64,000 bases of DNA from an uncultured Weeksellaceae bacterium (lineage in GTDB: Bacteria > Bacteroidota > Bacteroidia > Flavobacteriales_D > CAZDUI01), in NCBI GenBank assembly GCA_964508605.1, contig CAZDUI010000005.1, positions 49,254 to 113,253 of the forward strand. The letters run 5' to 3'. Under the pieces are notes generated by a model. It worked only from the letters and a program-made list of their open reading frames with translations, was not told the origin of the DNA and searched no databases. The position numbers and the translations under genes are program-made. Positions 36,513 to 48,303 of this stretch are shown here, in pieces (within the stretch, counting starts at the first letter, position 1; each line of letters opens with the position of its first letter).

Positions 36513-37178
36513 ATGATGAGTCCTGAAGAAAGAATTATTGAAAGCGATTGGTATATTTTTAGTCTGTTATTACTTGTTTGCAGCTTTATAGCTTCAGTAC
36601 GTTATCTGCGACCGGGACATCTGAAAATATTAGCTGAGGGACTTATTTACCGCGGTAAATTTCATCAGATGATAAACGACGATACAGTATCGGTTACCAG
36701 AACCTCTCAAAGAATGTTAATGGCTTATTATCTGTGCTCTGCCGCTTTGTTTTCACAATGTTTTTACTGGATTGCGCCCAACGCCCTTCATCCGGGTTTG
36801 ATGATTCTGCTGGTGTCAGGCGGCTTCGGCCTTCTACATCTTTACTGGACTTATTCAAACCATCTATTAAGGCATTTAACAAGCAGCAGCCACGAACTGC
36901 ATACCCATCAAAGAGTGATGAATTCAGTAAAACAACTATCTACCCTTGTTTTATTGCCACTGGCTTCTATCATGGCATTTGCACCCATCCCTGAAGGCAC
37001 TCAAATTCTTACAGCCTATATATCAATTAGTTTATGGGCTTTATTTTTTGCCATTGCTTTGGTTCGTAGTTCTTTGGCAGTAAAAAAGGAAGGAGTGCAT
37101 TGGATTTATATAATTTTATATCTTTGCACTCTTGAAACATCGCCGTTCATCGTTGCCATTGGGTTATTTACCGCCTAA
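36513..37178 (+). CDS. DUF4271-family membrane protein
   Basis: Multi-TM protein ending in YIILYLCTLE, upstream of hemD. Preceded by TATCTTTG at 36445-36452. Confidence 0.8.
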   Translation: MMSPEERIIESDWYIFSLLLLVCSFIASVRYLRPGHLKILAEGLIYRGKFHQMINDDTVSVTRTSQRMLMAYYLCSAALFSQCFYWIAPNALHPGLMILLVSGGFGLLHLYWTYSNHLLRHLTSSSHELHTHQRVMNSVKQLSTLVLLPLASIMAFAPIPEGTQILTAYISISLWALFFAIALVRSSLAVKKEGVHWIYIILYLCTLETSPFIVAIGLFTA

Positions 37179-37245
37179 ATATCCAAATTGAGCGACACGA
37201 ACTAAGATAGTTAGGGATAAATACAACTAAAGGAAGGAGTATACA

Positions 37246-37986
37246 TTGGCTATCAAAAGTATCCTGGTTTCTCAACCGAAACCCGATTCAGATAAGTCTC
37301 CATATTTTGACCTGGCTAAGAAATACAACCTGCAGGTAGATTTCAGACCCTTTATTCAGGTTGAAGGTGTTCCTGCTGCTGAATTCAGGCAATCTAAAAT
37401 TAATTACGGCGACCACGGAGGCATTATTCTAAACAGTAAAAATGCTGTAGATCATTTTTTCAGACTTGCCAAGGACCTTAGGTACACCATACCTGATTCA
37501 CTGAAATACTTTTGTCTTACCGAAAGTACAGCGTTTTATCTACAGAAATATGTGGTGTACCGCAAACGTAAAATCTTTTACGGAAATCAAAAAATTGAAG
37601 ACCTGGTTGACGTCCTGAAAAAAAACAAGGAAGAACACTTTATGATTCCCTGTAGTGATATACACGGAGATGAAATTTCAAAGATTCTGGACCAAAACAA
37701 ACTAAAATATTCTAAAGCAGTAATGTATCGTACTGTTGCCAGTGATTTAAGTGACCTGAGTGATATAAAATACGATATGTTGGTGTTTTTTAGTCCAACG
37801 GGTGTAGAATCTTTGTTTAAGAACTTTCCTGATTTTGTTCAAAATACTACCCGAATTGCGGCTTTTGGGGCAACTACCGCGCAAACTGTCATCGACAAAG
37901 GCCTTCGGTTAGACGTTATGGCCCCCATGCCCAAGGCTCCCAGCATGACGATGGCCATTGAACAGTTTATTGCCTCTGAAAAATAA
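37246..37986 (+). CDS. hemD: Uroporphyrinogen-III synthase
   Basis: IKSILVSQPKP…SPYFDLA…DFRPFIQVEG, YRTVASDLSDL and FFSPTGV. TTG start. Confidence 0.88.
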   Translation: MAIKSILVSQPKPDSDKSPYFDLAKKYNLQVDFRPFIQVEGVPAAEFRQSKINYGDHGGIILNSKNAVDHFFRLAKDLRYTIPDSLKYFCLTESTAFYLQKYVVYRKRKIFYGNQKIEDLVDVLKKNKEEHFMIPCSDIHGDEISKILDQNKLKYSKAVMYRTVASDLSDLSDIKYDMLVFFSPTGVESLFKNFPDFVQNTTRIAAFGATTAQTVIDKGLRLDVMAPMPKAPSMTMAIEQFIASEK

Positions 37987-37992
37987 CGGGAA

Positions 37993-38400
37993 ATGAATCC
38001 CGATGCAAGCTCACAACGTTTTGGTTCAGGCAAAAGACTCAAGGGAAAAAAGCGAATTGAAAAGCTGATTTCTCAAAAGAAAATCCTGCGAAACGATTTC
38101 CTGATGGTCTATTACCATCATTTGCTATTGCCCGAAAAATGCAGTTTACAGGTAGCCTTTACGGTACCCAAAAGATTTATTAAGAAGGCTGTAATGCGCA
38201 ATAAATTAAAAAGAAGAATGCGCGAAGCCTGGCGAAAAAACTGCACCCCGTTAGAAAATCAACTGCTTGAAAACAAAAAACAAATGGCCGTACTGGTTGT
38301 GTACCAAAATAGGAATGATACCGATTTTGATTTAATAAACCAGAAAATAAACCTAATTTTAGCGCGTTTACAACGCAGTATTTCCAATAACAATTCTTGA
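37993..38400 (+). CDS. rnpA: Ribonuclease P protein component
   Basis: RLKGKKRIEKL, VAFTVPKRFIKKAVMRNKLKRRMREAWR (RNR motif). Confidence 0.9.
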   Translation: MNPDASSQRFGSGKRLKGKKRIEKLISQKKILRNDFLMVYYHHLLLPEKCSLQVAFTVPKRFIKKAVMRNKLKRRMREAWRKNCTPLENQLLENKKQMAVLVVYQNRNDTDFDLINQKINLILARLQRSISNNNS

Positions 38401-40080
38401 ATGAAACGCAATATTCGCCGAAAAATCATCTCATTTTCAATTACTGCAATTCTGTCAGCAATAACCGGAATTGCTATATGGTCTTTTACAAAACCTGAAC
38501 CTGCAGACGACAACCTGTTTGAAATTCGCAAAAATTCAGAGATCTTCTTTGATGTTTACAAGTACGTTGATGCCATGTACGTTGATAATCCTGAACCAGG
38601 TAAACTGATGAAGATAGGAATTGACGCCATGCTGGAATCTTTGGATCCTTATACAAATTACATTCCTGAGTCTAAAATGGAAGACTACAGGTTTATGACA
38701 ACAGGCCAATATGGTGGTATTGGTGCTCTAATAAAAAGATGGAAGGATTTTACGGTAATCTCCGAGCCCTATGAAGGCTTCCCCGCCGAAAAATCAGGAA
38801 TTCGTGCAGGCGATATCCTTATGAGCATTGATGGGAAAAGCATAGAGAATATGGATTCTGAAAGTGTTTCCAATTTACTGAAAGGGCAGCCCGGAGAAAA
38901 AGTTAAACTAAAGTTAAAACGCGGCGGTGATATCATTGAAAAAGATGTGGTGAGAGAAGAAGTGAAATTACCTGATGTGCCATATTATGGCATAATAGAT
39001 AACAACATTGGTTATATAAAGCTTAATTCATTTACCCAAACCGCCCATCGGGACGTTGAAGCAGCTTTTAAAGAACTTAAAAACCAGGATATGAATAAAC
39101 TGGTGCTTGATTTAAGAGGAAACGGAGGCGGATTACTAATAGAATCAGTAAAAATTGTAAACATGTTTGTTAAGAAAGGTGAAAAGGTTGTTGAAATGCG
39201 CGGACGACTGAAAGACCTAAACAGAACATACCTGGCAACAGACGAACCCTTAGATACTGAAATTCCCATTGTGGTGCTTGTAGACGAAGGATCTGCTTCA
39301 GCCTCTGAAATTGTTTCGGGTGCATTACAAGACCTGGACCGTGCAGTTGTTGTTGGACAAAACACCTATGGAAAAGGTCTGGTACAGCAAACTCATGATT
39401 TAAAGTACAATGGTAAAATAAAAATCACGATAGCCAAATACTATACTCCCAGTGGCCGGTGTATTCAAAAATTAGATTATTTCCACAAAAACGATCAGGG
39501 TGTTGCCGGTGAAGTACCCGATTCATTAATTACTTACTTCAAAACCAAAAACGGACGACAAGTTAGCGACGGCAGGGGCATTGAACCAGATGTAAATGTA
39601 GAATTACCCCAATACAGTCCGGTGGTGGCCGCATTACTTCGCGAAGACTTAATCTTTAATTATGCCACTACGTTTCGTGCAGAAAATGACAGCGTTGCAT
39701 CTCCTGAAAACTTCAGGCTGACCGAAAATATGTTTGCCGACTTTAAAAAATATGTCCTTCAGGCATCCTTTGAATACAAAACAGCATCGGTTGAGGAATT
39801 AAAAAAGTGGAGAACCATTGCTGAGAAAGAGAAATACTTCACAATTGCGGAAAAGGAATGGCAAGAGCTCATAAAAAAAGTAACACCTGATGCAGCCACA
39901 GACATTGAAAACTCCAAGGAACAGATTCGATTAATGCTTGAAAACGAAATAATTAGCAGATATTATTTTCAAAAAGGAAGATACCGTGCTTCTATTCACC
40001 GCGATGATGATTTAATCAAAGCACGTGAAATTCTGAACAATACGGCCGAATACCTGAAAATTCTCAAGGGCTCTAACTAG
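38401..40080 (+). CDS. S41A carboxy-terminal processing protease
   Basis: LDPYTNY, PDZ (GIGALI), LVLDLRGNGGGLL, SASASEIVSGALQD and TYGKGLVQ. Confidence 0.93.
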   Translation: MKRNIRRKIISFSITAILSAITGIAIWSFTKPEPADDNLFEIRKNSEIFFDVYKYVDAMYVDNPEPGKLMKIGIDAMLESLDPYTNYIPESKMEDYRFMTTGQYGGIGALIKRWKDFTVISEPYEGFPAEKSGIRAGDILMSIDGKSIENMDSESVSNLLKGQPGEKVKLKLKRGGDIIEKDVVREEVKLPDVPYYGIIDNNIGYIKLNSFTQTAHRDVEAAFKELKNQDMNKLVLDLRGNGGGLLIESVKIVNMFVKKGEKVVEMRGRLKDLNRTYLATDEPLDTEIPIVVLVDEGSASASEIVSGALQDLDRAVVVGQNTYGKGLVQQTHDLKYNGKIKITIAKYYTPSGRCIQKLDYFHKNDQGVAGEVPDSLITYFKTKNGRQVSDGRGIEPDVNVELPQYSPVVAALLREDLIFNYATTFRAENDSVASPENFRLTENMFADFKKYVLQASFEYKTASVEELKKWRTIAEKEKYFTIAEKEWQELIKKVTPDAATDIENSKEQIRLMLENEIISRYYFQKGRYRASIHRDDDLIKAREILNNTAEYLKILKGSN

Positions 40081-40082
40081 CA

Positions 40083-41666
40083 TTGTACACCGTTATGTTC
40101 AGAGGGTCTTATATTGTCTCTGATTTCTTCCATTATTTCGGACTGCTGACACTGGTTACAGCATTGCCTACCTCAAAGTTTTTAATGACCTTGGCGGTCA
40201 TATTCCTGGGTACAGCCTGGCTTATCAGAGGCGATTATAAATCCTCTATTCGGCGCATGTACAGTCAAAAAACATCACTTGTGCTGATGGGTTTCTATAT
40301 TTTTCATGTAATTGGAATGCTGTACACTTCCAACACTTCATTCGGAATGAATGACTTAAGAGTTAAACTTCCACTACTGCTTTTACCCTTCATTCTTGCC
40401 GGCCTCCCGCCCATCTCATTATTGGCACTAAAGAGAATCCTGCTATTTTATGCTGCAGTTGTTATCTATACGACAATGTACAATGTTGCCGTGCGACATC
40501 ACCTTTTGCCTACAGGTAAAGATATTTCAGACTTACGAAATGCTTCGGTATTTATATCTCATGTCAGATTGAATTTGCACATCGTTTTTGTCCTTTCGGT
40601 TTTAATATGGTATCAAAAGGGAGTGGATAGGAAATATAGATGGATATTTTTAGCCGGAATTATCTGGCTTATTTTCTATCTATTTTATATGCAAGCATTT
40701 GGCGGATTAGTTCTTTTAACTGTTTTATGCCTTTTCTTTCTTGCACGCATTGCCTTGTTAACAGGAGAACTAAGGGTTCGATTTTTATCGGCAAGCACAC
40801 TCCTAATCATCGTGCTTGGTTCCGTTTGGTTTATCAACCAATCAATTACCCGCCATTTTACACCAAAGGAAGACCCAAACAAATTTGAAACACATACCCT
40901 GTACGGAGAAAAATACATTCATAATTTAGAAAATCCGGTACTCGAAAACGGATATTATATCTGGAGTAATGTTGCTCCGGCAGAATTAGACAGTGGCTGG
41001 AGCATGCGAAGCTCCAAACAGCTTTCAGGTGTTGACGGACGGGGGAATCCTCTTCATTCTACGCTTATCAGATATATGACATCGAAAGGCCTGAAGAAGG
41101 ATCTGAACGGAATAAACCAACTTACAGACACAGATATTGAAAATGTGGAGAAAGGCGTTGCATCCGTTCTTGAATTTGAAACCGGATTAATACACAGGGT
41201 TGACCAGGTACTTTTTGAAATAGATGTATATTTTTATGGAGGAAATCCTTCCGGAAACAGTATAACACAAAGACTTGAGTACTGGCAGGCCGGCCTGTCA
41301 ATTATTGCATCCCATCCTTTTGGTGTAGGTACAGGAGACGATAAAGCTTATTTTGTTAAAGAACTTACCAAACGTGGGAATATTACCGATGAAGAATATC
41401 AAAAACGTTCTCATAACCAATGGATTGGTACAGGAGTAATCTTAGGAATACCCGGAATTCTGTTTCTTATGATTACATTATTCTTACCACTTATCTGGTT
41501 GAAAAATAAGATCTCTCCCCTGTATCTTGCATTTATTGTAACCATTCTTATCTCATTTATTTGGGAGGACACACTGGAAACCCAGGAAGGAGTAACATTT
41601 TATTCCTTGTTCAATGCACTGCTGTTATTTGGCGCAGATGCCTTTGGTAACGATAAATCTTCATGA
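40083..41666 (+). CDS. O-antigen ligase (Wzy_C) family membrane protein
   Basis: Multiple TM helices, RLEYW…HPFGVGTG and SHNQW motifs. TTG start. Confidence 0.8.
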   Translation: MYTVMFRGSYIVSDFFHYFGLLTLVTALPTSKFLMTLAVIFLGTAWLIRGDYKSSIRRMYSQKTSLVLMGFYIFHVIGMLYTSNTSFGMNDLRVKLPLLLLPFILAGLPPISLLALKRILLFYAAVVIYTTMYNVAVRHHLLPTGKDISDLRNASVFISHVRLNLHIVFVLSVLIWYQKGVDRKYRWIFLAGIIWLIFYLFYMQAFGGLVLLTVLCLFFLARIALLTGELRVRFLSASTLLIIVLGSVWFINQSITRHFTPKEDPNKFETHTLYGEKYIHNLENPVLENGYYIWSNVAPAELDSGWSMRSSKQLSGVDGRGNPLHSTLIRYMTSKGLKKDLNGINQLTDTDIENVEKGVASVLEFETGLIHRVDQVLFEIDVYFYGGNPSGNSITQRLEYWQAGLSIIASHPFGVGTGDDKAYFVKELTKRGNITDEEYQKRSHNQWIGTGVILGIPGILFLMITLFLPLIWLKNKISPLYLAFIVTILISFIWEDTLETQEGVTFYSLFNALLLFGADAFGNDKSS

Positions 41667-42718
41667 TATTGAACCGATTGACGTGCTATGCTCTCAGTAT
41701 GAATTCTCTCAAATACATCACGTACCATTTCCGGGCTTATTTTAAGCTTCTGGGCAAGTTCATTTAATCGCTGCTGAATCTCATTATAGCGGTCGGGCTG
41801 AAAAACGGTAACATTGTTTTTCTTCTTCAGAATTCCCATTTTATCAGAAAGCGCCAGCCTCCTTTGCAACAAATTCACAAGTTCATCGTCCAACTCGTCA
41901 GCCTGACTTCTCAGGAATGCAAGAGATTGCTGAAGCTGAAGGTCCGAAGGTTCAATATCCCTGATAACCAAACCATCAATAAGCTGAATAAAGTGGGTTG
42001 GTGTTAGTTGCTGTAAGCTATCACTAAGCGCTTTATCCGGGTTAGTGTGCGTTTCCACCATCAACCCTGACATATTCAGGTCCATTGCCTTCTGTGCAAT
42101 TGCCGCAATATATTCCCTTTTACCCGATATATGGCTTGGGTCACAAATAACAGGCACATCGGGCAATCTGCGCATAAATTCAATAACAATTTCCCATCGC
42201 GGATCATTGCGGTAGGTACTTTCGGCGTAGGCAGTGAATCCCCGGTGTATCGCTGCTATATCAGATATTCCGACCTTGGTAATGCGCTCAATAGCTCCCT
42301 GCCAAAGCCCTAGTTCAGGATTTACCGGATTTTTAACCAACACCCCGATATTTGTACCTCTCAATACTTCGGCAATCTCCTGCACCATAAACGGGTTTAC
42401 GGTTGTCCTGGCACCAATCCATAATGCCGATGCACCGTGTTTTAACGCCAATTCCACATGTTCAGAAGTAGCTACTTCCACCGTGAATGGCAAATTCACT
42501 GCTATACAGGAGTGTTTCAGCCAAATCAATGCCTTTTCGCCAAATCCTTCAAAAGATCCCGGAAAAGTACGGGGCTTCCAAATGCCTCCCCGAATCATAT
42601 GGACTCTGCCGGATTGTGCAAGTAAATTCACAGTATCCTGAACTTGTTCAGGCGATTCAACACTACACGGGCCTGAAATGATAAACGGACGCTTTATATC
42701 GGAAAAATATCGATGCAT
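41600..42718 (-). CDS. Bifunctional DAHP synthase (type I-beta) / chorismate mutase
   Basis: ISGPCSVES, WKPRT, WIGARTT, KNP, CDPSH and C-terminal AroQ-like LRSQADELDDELVNLLQRR. Confidence 0.92.
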   Translation of the reverse strand: MHRYFSDIKRPFIISGPCSVESPEQVQDTVNLLAQSGRVHMIRGGIWKPRTFPGSFEGFGEKALIWLKHSCIAVNLPFTVEVATSEHVELALKHGASALWIGARTTVNPFMVQEIAEVLRGTNIGVLVKNPVNPELGLWQGAIERITKVGISDIAAIHRGFTAYAESTYRNDPRWEIVIEFMRRLPDVPVICDPSHISGKREYIAAIAQKAMDLNMSGLMVETHTNPDKALSDSLQQLTPTHFIQLIDGLVIRDIEPSDLQLQQSLAFLRSQADELDDELVNLLQRRLALSDKMGILKKKNNVTVFQPDRYNEIQQRLNELAQKLKISPEMVRDVFERIHTESIARQSVQYHEDLSLPKASAPNNSSALNKE

Positions 42719-42735
42719 ACTGTATATAACAACAA

Positions 42736-42759
42736 CAGGGACGAATTGCTTCGTCCCTG
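42736..42759 (-). terminator. Probable terminator hairpin downstream of clpC
   Basis: CAGGGACGAA-ttgc-TTCGTCCCTG perfect 10-bp stem, followed on the minus strand by TTGTTGTT. Confidence 0.7.
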
Positions 42760-42781
42760 CTAAATTAATTTCTAAAATTTA

Positions 42782-45352
42782 TTATTCTTCGGTTTTCGGT
42801 TTCTTTTGTTTCACCGATTTATCTGCAGCACCTTTCTCAACACTAATATCTAACTGCTCCGACTCTTTATTTAATGCTACTTTAACTGTGTCGCCTTCGG
42901 TAAGATTACTCTTAATAATCTCCTCAGCCAACGGATCTTCCAGATATTTCTGCAAGACCCTCTTTAACGGACGTGCACCAAACTTTGAATCGTACCCTTT
43001 ATCGGCCAGATAATCCTTAGCTTCAACAGTTATTTCAATGTTAAACCCTAATGAATTCACTCTGCCAAACAATTTTGACAATTCAATATCAATAATATGG
43101 TGAATATTCTCTCTTTGCAAAGAATTAAACATTACCACATCGTCAATTCTGTTTAAAAACTCTGGAGCAAATGCTTTTCTTAATGCAGCTTCTACCACGC
43201 GTTTGTTATCGTCAGTTTCACTTTCCTTTTTGGCAGAAGTTCCAAAACCTACGCCGCTTCCAAAATCCTGTAGCTGACGGGCACCGATATTCGATGTCAT
43301 AATGATGATGGTATTCCTGAAGTCTATTTTTCTTCCCAGACTATCCGTCATATGGCCATCATCAAGTGCCTGTAATAAAAGGTTAAAAACATCCGGGTGT
43401 GCCTTTTCAATTTCATCCAACAAAACTATGGAGTAAGGTTTGCGTCTTACCTTCTCAGTTAGCTGGCCGCCTTCTTCATATCCTACGTATCCTGGAGGAG
43501 CTCCTACCAGCCGGCTGATACTGAATTTCTCCATATACTCACTCATATCAATCCTGATGAGCGCATCTTCATTATCAAATAAATATTTAGCCAGTTCCTT
43601 AGCTAGCTGTGTTTTACCAACACCCGTGGGCCCTAAAAAGATAAATGAACCAATGGGCTTATTCGGATCTTTTAAACCGGCACGATTTCTTTGAATGGCT
43701 TTAACCACTTTTTGAATGGCCTCTTCCTGCCCTATTACGGAGCCTTTCAAATTTTCGTTCATCTTCAGCAATCTTCCACTCTCCTTCTCGGCAATTCGCT
43801 GTACCGGAACTCCTGACATCATTGCAACTACTTCAGCCACATGGTCGTCTGTAACGGTAACTCTGTGGCTCTTGCTTTCCTCTTCCCATTTCAGTTTGGC
43901 TGCGTCAAGCTCCGCAATCAAATTCTTTTCTTCGTCACGCAGTTTTGCAGCTTCTTCAAACTTTTGACTTCGAACTACGGCTACTTTTTTTTCTTTTATT
44001 TCTTCAATCTTACCTTCAATATCAATAATTTCCTTAGGAACTTTAATATTGGTAATATGAACTCTTGATCCCACTTCATCCAAAGCATCTATGGCCTTAT
44101 CGGGCAAATGACGATCGGTAATATACCGGGAAGTAAGTTTTACACATGCTTCAATCGCTTCAGGAGTATATGTAACACTATGGTGCTCTTCATACTTTTC
44201 CTTAATATTATTTAATATCTGAATGGTTTCATCTTCAGAAGTGGGCTCAACCAAAACTTTTTGGAATCTTCTCTCCAGCGCACCGTCTTTTTCTACGTAT
44301 TGACGATACTCATCCAATGTGGTGGCACCAATTACTTGCATTTCACCCCGTGCCAAAGCCGGTTTGAACATATTGCTTGCATCCAAAGACCCGGACGCGC
44401 CACCGGCACCAATGATGGTATGAATTTCATCAATGAATAGGATAATATCCGGAGACTTTTCTATTTCGTTCATCACAGCCTTCATGCGCTCTTCAAACTG
44501 ACCTCTGTACTTTGTTCCCGCCACGAGTGAAGCAAGGTCAAGCGAGATAATTCTTTTGTTAAATAGCACCCTGCTCACTTTCCTTTGAATTATACGCAGT
44601 GCCAACCCTTCGGCAATTGCAGACTTTCCAACCCCCGGTTCTCCAATAAGTATTGGATTGTTCTTCTTTCTACGGCTAAGAATCTGGCTTACCCGCTCAA
44701 TTTCGGCCTCTCTGCCCACAATGGGGTCCAGCTTCCCTTCTTCGGCCAACAAGGTCAAATCTCTTCCAAAATTGTCAAGAACCGGAGTTTTACTTTTATT
44801 TTCTCCTGCCTTGCGGGGTGTTTGCGCCGAACTACCGTATGAACCTGCGCCTTCGTCACCATCATCATCAGTGGCCCTTCTGGCCTTAGGCTCTTTAAAC
44901 TCTTTACCTTCAAATCCTTCTATCATGCTTTCTAATTCTTCTTTTACAAATGAATAATCAATACCATACTTCATCAACGTCCTTGCAGCAAGATTGTTCT
45001 CGTCCTTCAACATTCCAAGTAACAGGTGCTCGGTACCTATTAGCGGACTTTTGAATAACCTGGCCTCAAGATAGGTTACTTTTAATACCTTCTCTGCTTG
45101 TTTCACCAAAGGTACATTTCCCATATTCCCCCCTTTAACAGGAGTAACTTTCAAATTCTGCTCGATATTCTTCCTTAATTCTTTTAAATCAACACCCGAA
45201 CTGCGGATAATTTTAATAGCTATACCATCTCCTTCGCGAATCAATCCCAGCAAAAGATGTTCTACACCAATATAATCATGCCCCAGACGCAGTGCTTCCT
45301 CCCTGCTGTAACTAATCACATCTTTAACCCTGGGTGAAAATTTCGCATCCAT
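42782..45352 (-). CDS. clpC: ATP-dependent Clp protease ATP-binding subunit ClpC
   Basis: Two Clp-N repeats, [17 protein letters not shown]-like [27 protein letters not shown] and FGARPL. Confidence 0.95.
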   Translation of the reverse strand: MDAKFSPRVKDVISYSREEALRLGHDYIGVEHLLLGLIREGDGIAIKIIRSSGVDLKELRKNIEQNLKVTPVKGGNMGNVPLVKQAEKVLKVTYLEARLFKSPLIGTEHLLLGMLKDENNLAARTLMKYGIDYSFVKEELESMIEGFEGKEFKEPKARRATDDDGDEGAGSYGSSAQTPRKAGENKSKTPVLDNFGRDLTLLAEEGKLDPIVGREAEIERVSQILSRRKKNNPILIGEPGVGKSAIAEGLALRIIQRKVSRVLFNKRIISLDLASLVAGTKYRGQFEERMKAVMNEIEKSPDIILFIDEIHTIIGAGGASGSLDASNMFKPALARGEMQVIGATTLDEYRQYVEKDGALERRFQKVLVEPTSEDETIQILNNIKEKYEEHHSVTYTPEAIEACVKLTSRYITDRHLPDKAIDALDEVGSRVHITNIKVPKEIIDIEGKIEEIKEKKVAVVRSQKFEEAAKLRDEEKNLIAELDAAKLKWEEESKSHRVTVTDDHVAEVVAMMSGVPVQRIAEKESGRLLKMNENLKGSVIGQEEAIQKVVKAIQRNRAGLKDPNKPIGSFIFLGPTGVGKTQLAKELAKYLFDNEDALIRIDMSEYMEKFSISRLVGAPPGYVGYEEGGQLTEKVRRKPYSIVLLDEIEKAHPDVFNLLLQALDDGHMTDSLGRKIDFRNTIIIMTSNIGARQLQDFGSGVGFGTSAKKESETDDNKRVVEAALRKAFAPEFLNRIDDVVMFNSLQRENIHHIIDIELSKLFGRVNSLGFNIEITVEAKDYLADKGYDSKFGARPLKRVLQKYLEDPLAEEIIKSNLTEGDTVKVALNKESEQLDISVEKGAADKSVKQKKPKTEE

Positions 45353-45627
45353 ATTCTTTTAAATTAAATCCTAAAGACTCTTTTTGGCTCATCAATAAAA
45401 CATCTCCTGAACCCGTTAACAAAGTCACAAAATACAAAAAATATCCTAAACATTCAAAGTTAATATGACAAACCAACGAAATGTATATGTCGAATGTTTT
45501 TTATCAACAGAATTTTGTGAAAGATTTTCATAACTATTTCCCCGGAACCTACAGTATTTTATATACTTTCGGCGATTCATCCCTGTTCGGGCTGATATTT
45601 ATTTAACACTCACGATAACATAATATT

Positions 45628-48183
45628 ATGTCAGAAATAGAAGGCGCCGGAGAGCGCATTATCAAGATTAACATAGAAGATGAAATGAAAAGCGCCTACA
45701 TTGATTATTCAATGTCGGTTATTGTATCTCGTGCATTGCCTGACGTACGTGACGGTTTAAAACCGGTTCACCGCAGGGTGCTTTTTGGAATGCAGGAACT
45801 GGGCGTTTCATCGGGCAAACCGTACAAAAAAAGCGCACGTATTGTGGGTGAAGTTTTAGGTAAATACCACCCGCATGGCGATTCATCTGTATATGATACG
45901 ATGGTGAGAATGGCCCAGGAATGGTCGTTGCGATATACCCTTGTAGACGGACAAGGAAACTTTGGTTCCGTTGACGGCGACAGCCCGGCTGCAATGCGTT
46001 ACACCGAAGCCCGATTGAAAAAGATTGCGGAAGAAATGCTGGAAGACCTGGAAAAGGAAACCGTAGATTTCTCACCAAACTTCGATGATTCTCTTGAAGA
46101 ACCCACCGTGATGCCAGCCAAACTTCCCAATTTATTGGTTAACGGCTCAAGTGGTATTGCTGTGGGTATGGCTACCAATATGGCACCTCACAACCTAAGT
46201 GAAGTGGCCGACGGGATTATTGCATACATCGATAACAGGGATATTACAACTGAACAACTGATGCAGTTTGTTAAAGCCCCTGACTTTCCAACCGGCGGTG
46301 TAATTTACGGATATGAAGGCGTAAAACAAGCCTTTGAAGAAGGGCGTGGCAGAGTAGTAATGCGTGCAAAAGCCACCATTGAAACCCTTAGAGAAGGAAA
46401 AGAGGCTATCATAGTTACTGAAATTCCATATCAGGTGAACAAGGCCGAAATGATTAAGAAAACTGCCGATCTTGTTAACGAGAAAAAAATTGATGGTATC
46501 ACCGAGATTCGAGATGAAAGCGACAGAACGGGAATGCGAATTGTTTACGAATTACGCCGGGATGTGATTCCAAATGTTATATTAAATAAACTATTTAAAT
46601 ACACCGCACTACAAACTTCATTTTCAGTAAACAACATTGCTTTAGTTAAAGGAAGGCCTGAAGTATTGAATTTGAAAGATTTGATTAGACATTTTGTAGA
46701 CCACAGACATGAAGTTGTGGTAAGACGCACACAATTTGACTTACGCAAAGCACAGGAGCGCGCTCATATACTTGAAGGTCTTATTATTGCTTCTGATAAC
46801 ATTGACGAAGTTATCGCGCTGATACGTGCTTCTAATAGTCCTGATGAGGCCCGTGAAAAACTGATGTCCCGTTTCTCCCTGAGTGACATTCAGAGTCGTG
46901 CTATAGTTGAGATGCGTTTACGTCAGCTTACCGGTTTGGAACAAGACAAACTACGAGCAGAATACCAGGAGGTCCTTGACCTTATAAAAGAACTTGAAAG
47001 TATTTTGGCTAGCGAAGACAAACGCATGCAGATTATTAAGGACGAAACACTATATTTAAAGGAAAAGTATGGTGACAAACGCCGCACCGAGATTGAATAT
47101 GCAGCAAACGAAATGCGTATTGAAGATTTAATTCCTGACGATGAGGTAGTTGTTACCATTTCACATTTGGGATACATTAAAAGAACAAGTCTGAACGAAT
47201 ATCGGGTTCAAAGCCGTGGAGGCGTTGGTTCAAAAGGGACACAAACACGCGATGCTGACTTCCTGGAACATCTGTTTGTTGCTACCAATCATAATTATCT
47301 GCTGGTATTTACGGAAAAAGGAAGATGTTTCTGGATGCGCGTATATGAGATACCGGAAGGAAATAAAGCCAGTAAGGGTCGTGCCATTCAAAATCTAATT
47401 AATATTGAACAAGACGACCGTGTAATGGCCTATGTTAATGTTACCGACCTTAAGGATGAAGAGTATCTTAACAACAATTATATTGTAATGTGTACCAAAC
47501 AAGGTATCATCAAAAAGACAACTGTTGAAGCCTATTCACGCCCCCGTAGCAATGGTATTAATGCAATCACAATTCGCGAAGGAGACCAGTTGCTTGAAGC
47601 AAAACTTACCAACGGAACCAATGAAATTCTGATTGCTGTTAGAAGCGGGCGTGCTCTGCGCTTTAACGAAAGAACCGTACGACCTATGGGCAGAAATGCT
47701 TCCGGAGTAAGGGCAATTAAACTTGCAGGTCCAAAAGATGAAGTGGTAGGAATGATTGCAATATCAGACCCAACAATTCAAACTGTACTGGTAGTTAGCG
47801 AGAAAGGCTATGGTAAACGAACCTATCTTAATGATCCGGAAGACAATGAACCGGTATATCGCATTACCAACAGAGGTGGTAAAGGTGTTAAAACATTGAA
47901 TATCACAGATAAAACCGGGTCTGTTGTCGCTATAAAGAGTGTAACTGATGATGACGATTTAATGATAATTACCAAAAATGGTATTACCATTAGAATGCAT
48001 GTTAACGAACTGCGGGTTATGGGGCGCGCTACCCAGGGCGTGAGACTTATAAACCTGCGAAACAACGATGATATTGCCGCCATTGCACAGGTTGAACGTA
48101 GTGAGGATGAAGAAATCGAATCGGAAGGGGATGAATCAATAACGTCTTCAGACGATACCGTTTCCCCTGACAATGACGAATAA
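45628..48183 (+). CDS. gyrA: DNA gyrase subunit A
   Basis: [27 protein letters not shown], GyrA-box QSRGGVG and C-terminal pinwheel repeats. Confidence 0.97.
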   Translation: MSEIEGAGERIIKINIEDEMKSAYIDYSMSVIVSRALPDVRDGLKPVHRRVLFGMQELGVSSGKPYKKSARIVGEVLGKYHPHGDSSVYDTMVRMAQEWSLRYTLVDGQGNFGSVDGDSPAAMRYTEARLKKIAEEMLEDLEKETVDFSPNFDDSLEEPTVMPAKLPNLLVNGSSGIAVGMATNMAPHNLSEVADGIIAYIDNRDITTEQLMQFVKAPDFPTGGVIYGYEGVKQAFEEGRGRVVMRAKATIETLREGKEAIIVTEIPYQVNKAEMIKKTADLVNEKKIDGITEIRDESDRTGMRIVYELRRDVIPNVILNKLFKYTALQTSFSVNNIALVKGRPEVLNLKDLIRHFVDHRHEVVVRRTQFDLRKAQERAHILEGLIIASDNIDEVIALIRASNSPDEAREKLMSRFSLSDIQSRAIVEMRLRQLTGLEQDKLRAEYQEVLDLIKELESILASEDKRMQIIKDETLYLKEKYGDKRRTEIEYAANEMRIEDLIPDDEVVVTISHLGYIKRTSLNEYRVQSRGGVGSKGTQTRDADFLEHLFVATNHNYLLVFTEKGRCFWMRVYEIPEGNKASKGRAIQNLINIEQDDRVMAYVNVTDLKDEEYLNNNYIVMCTKQGIIKKTTVEAYSRPRSNGINAITIREGDQLLEAKLTNGTNEILIAVRSGRALRFNERTVRPMGRNASGVRAIKLAGPKDEVVGMIAISDPTIQTVLVVSEKGYGKRTYLNDPEDNEPVYRITNRGGKGVKTLNITDKTGSVVAIKSVTDDDDLMIITKNGITIRMHVNELRVMGRATQGVRLINLRNNDDIAAIAQVERSEDEEIESEGDESITSSDDTVSPDNDE

Positions 48184-48277
48184 AGCCAATCTAAACATAT
48201 CTAAGTACAACAGTGCGAAAAAATCACAAAGCTGATTTTACAATGGCATAGTATCTGTAATGTTTCGGCAACTTCAT

Positions 48278-48285
48278 TAAATTTG
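48278..48285 (+). promoter_or_regulatory. -7 promoter element (TAAATTTG)
   Basis: Exact TAnnTTTG match 18 nt upstream of the ATG at 48304. Confidence 0.6.
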
Positions 48286-48303
48286 CACAGAATAAACTGA
48301 ATT

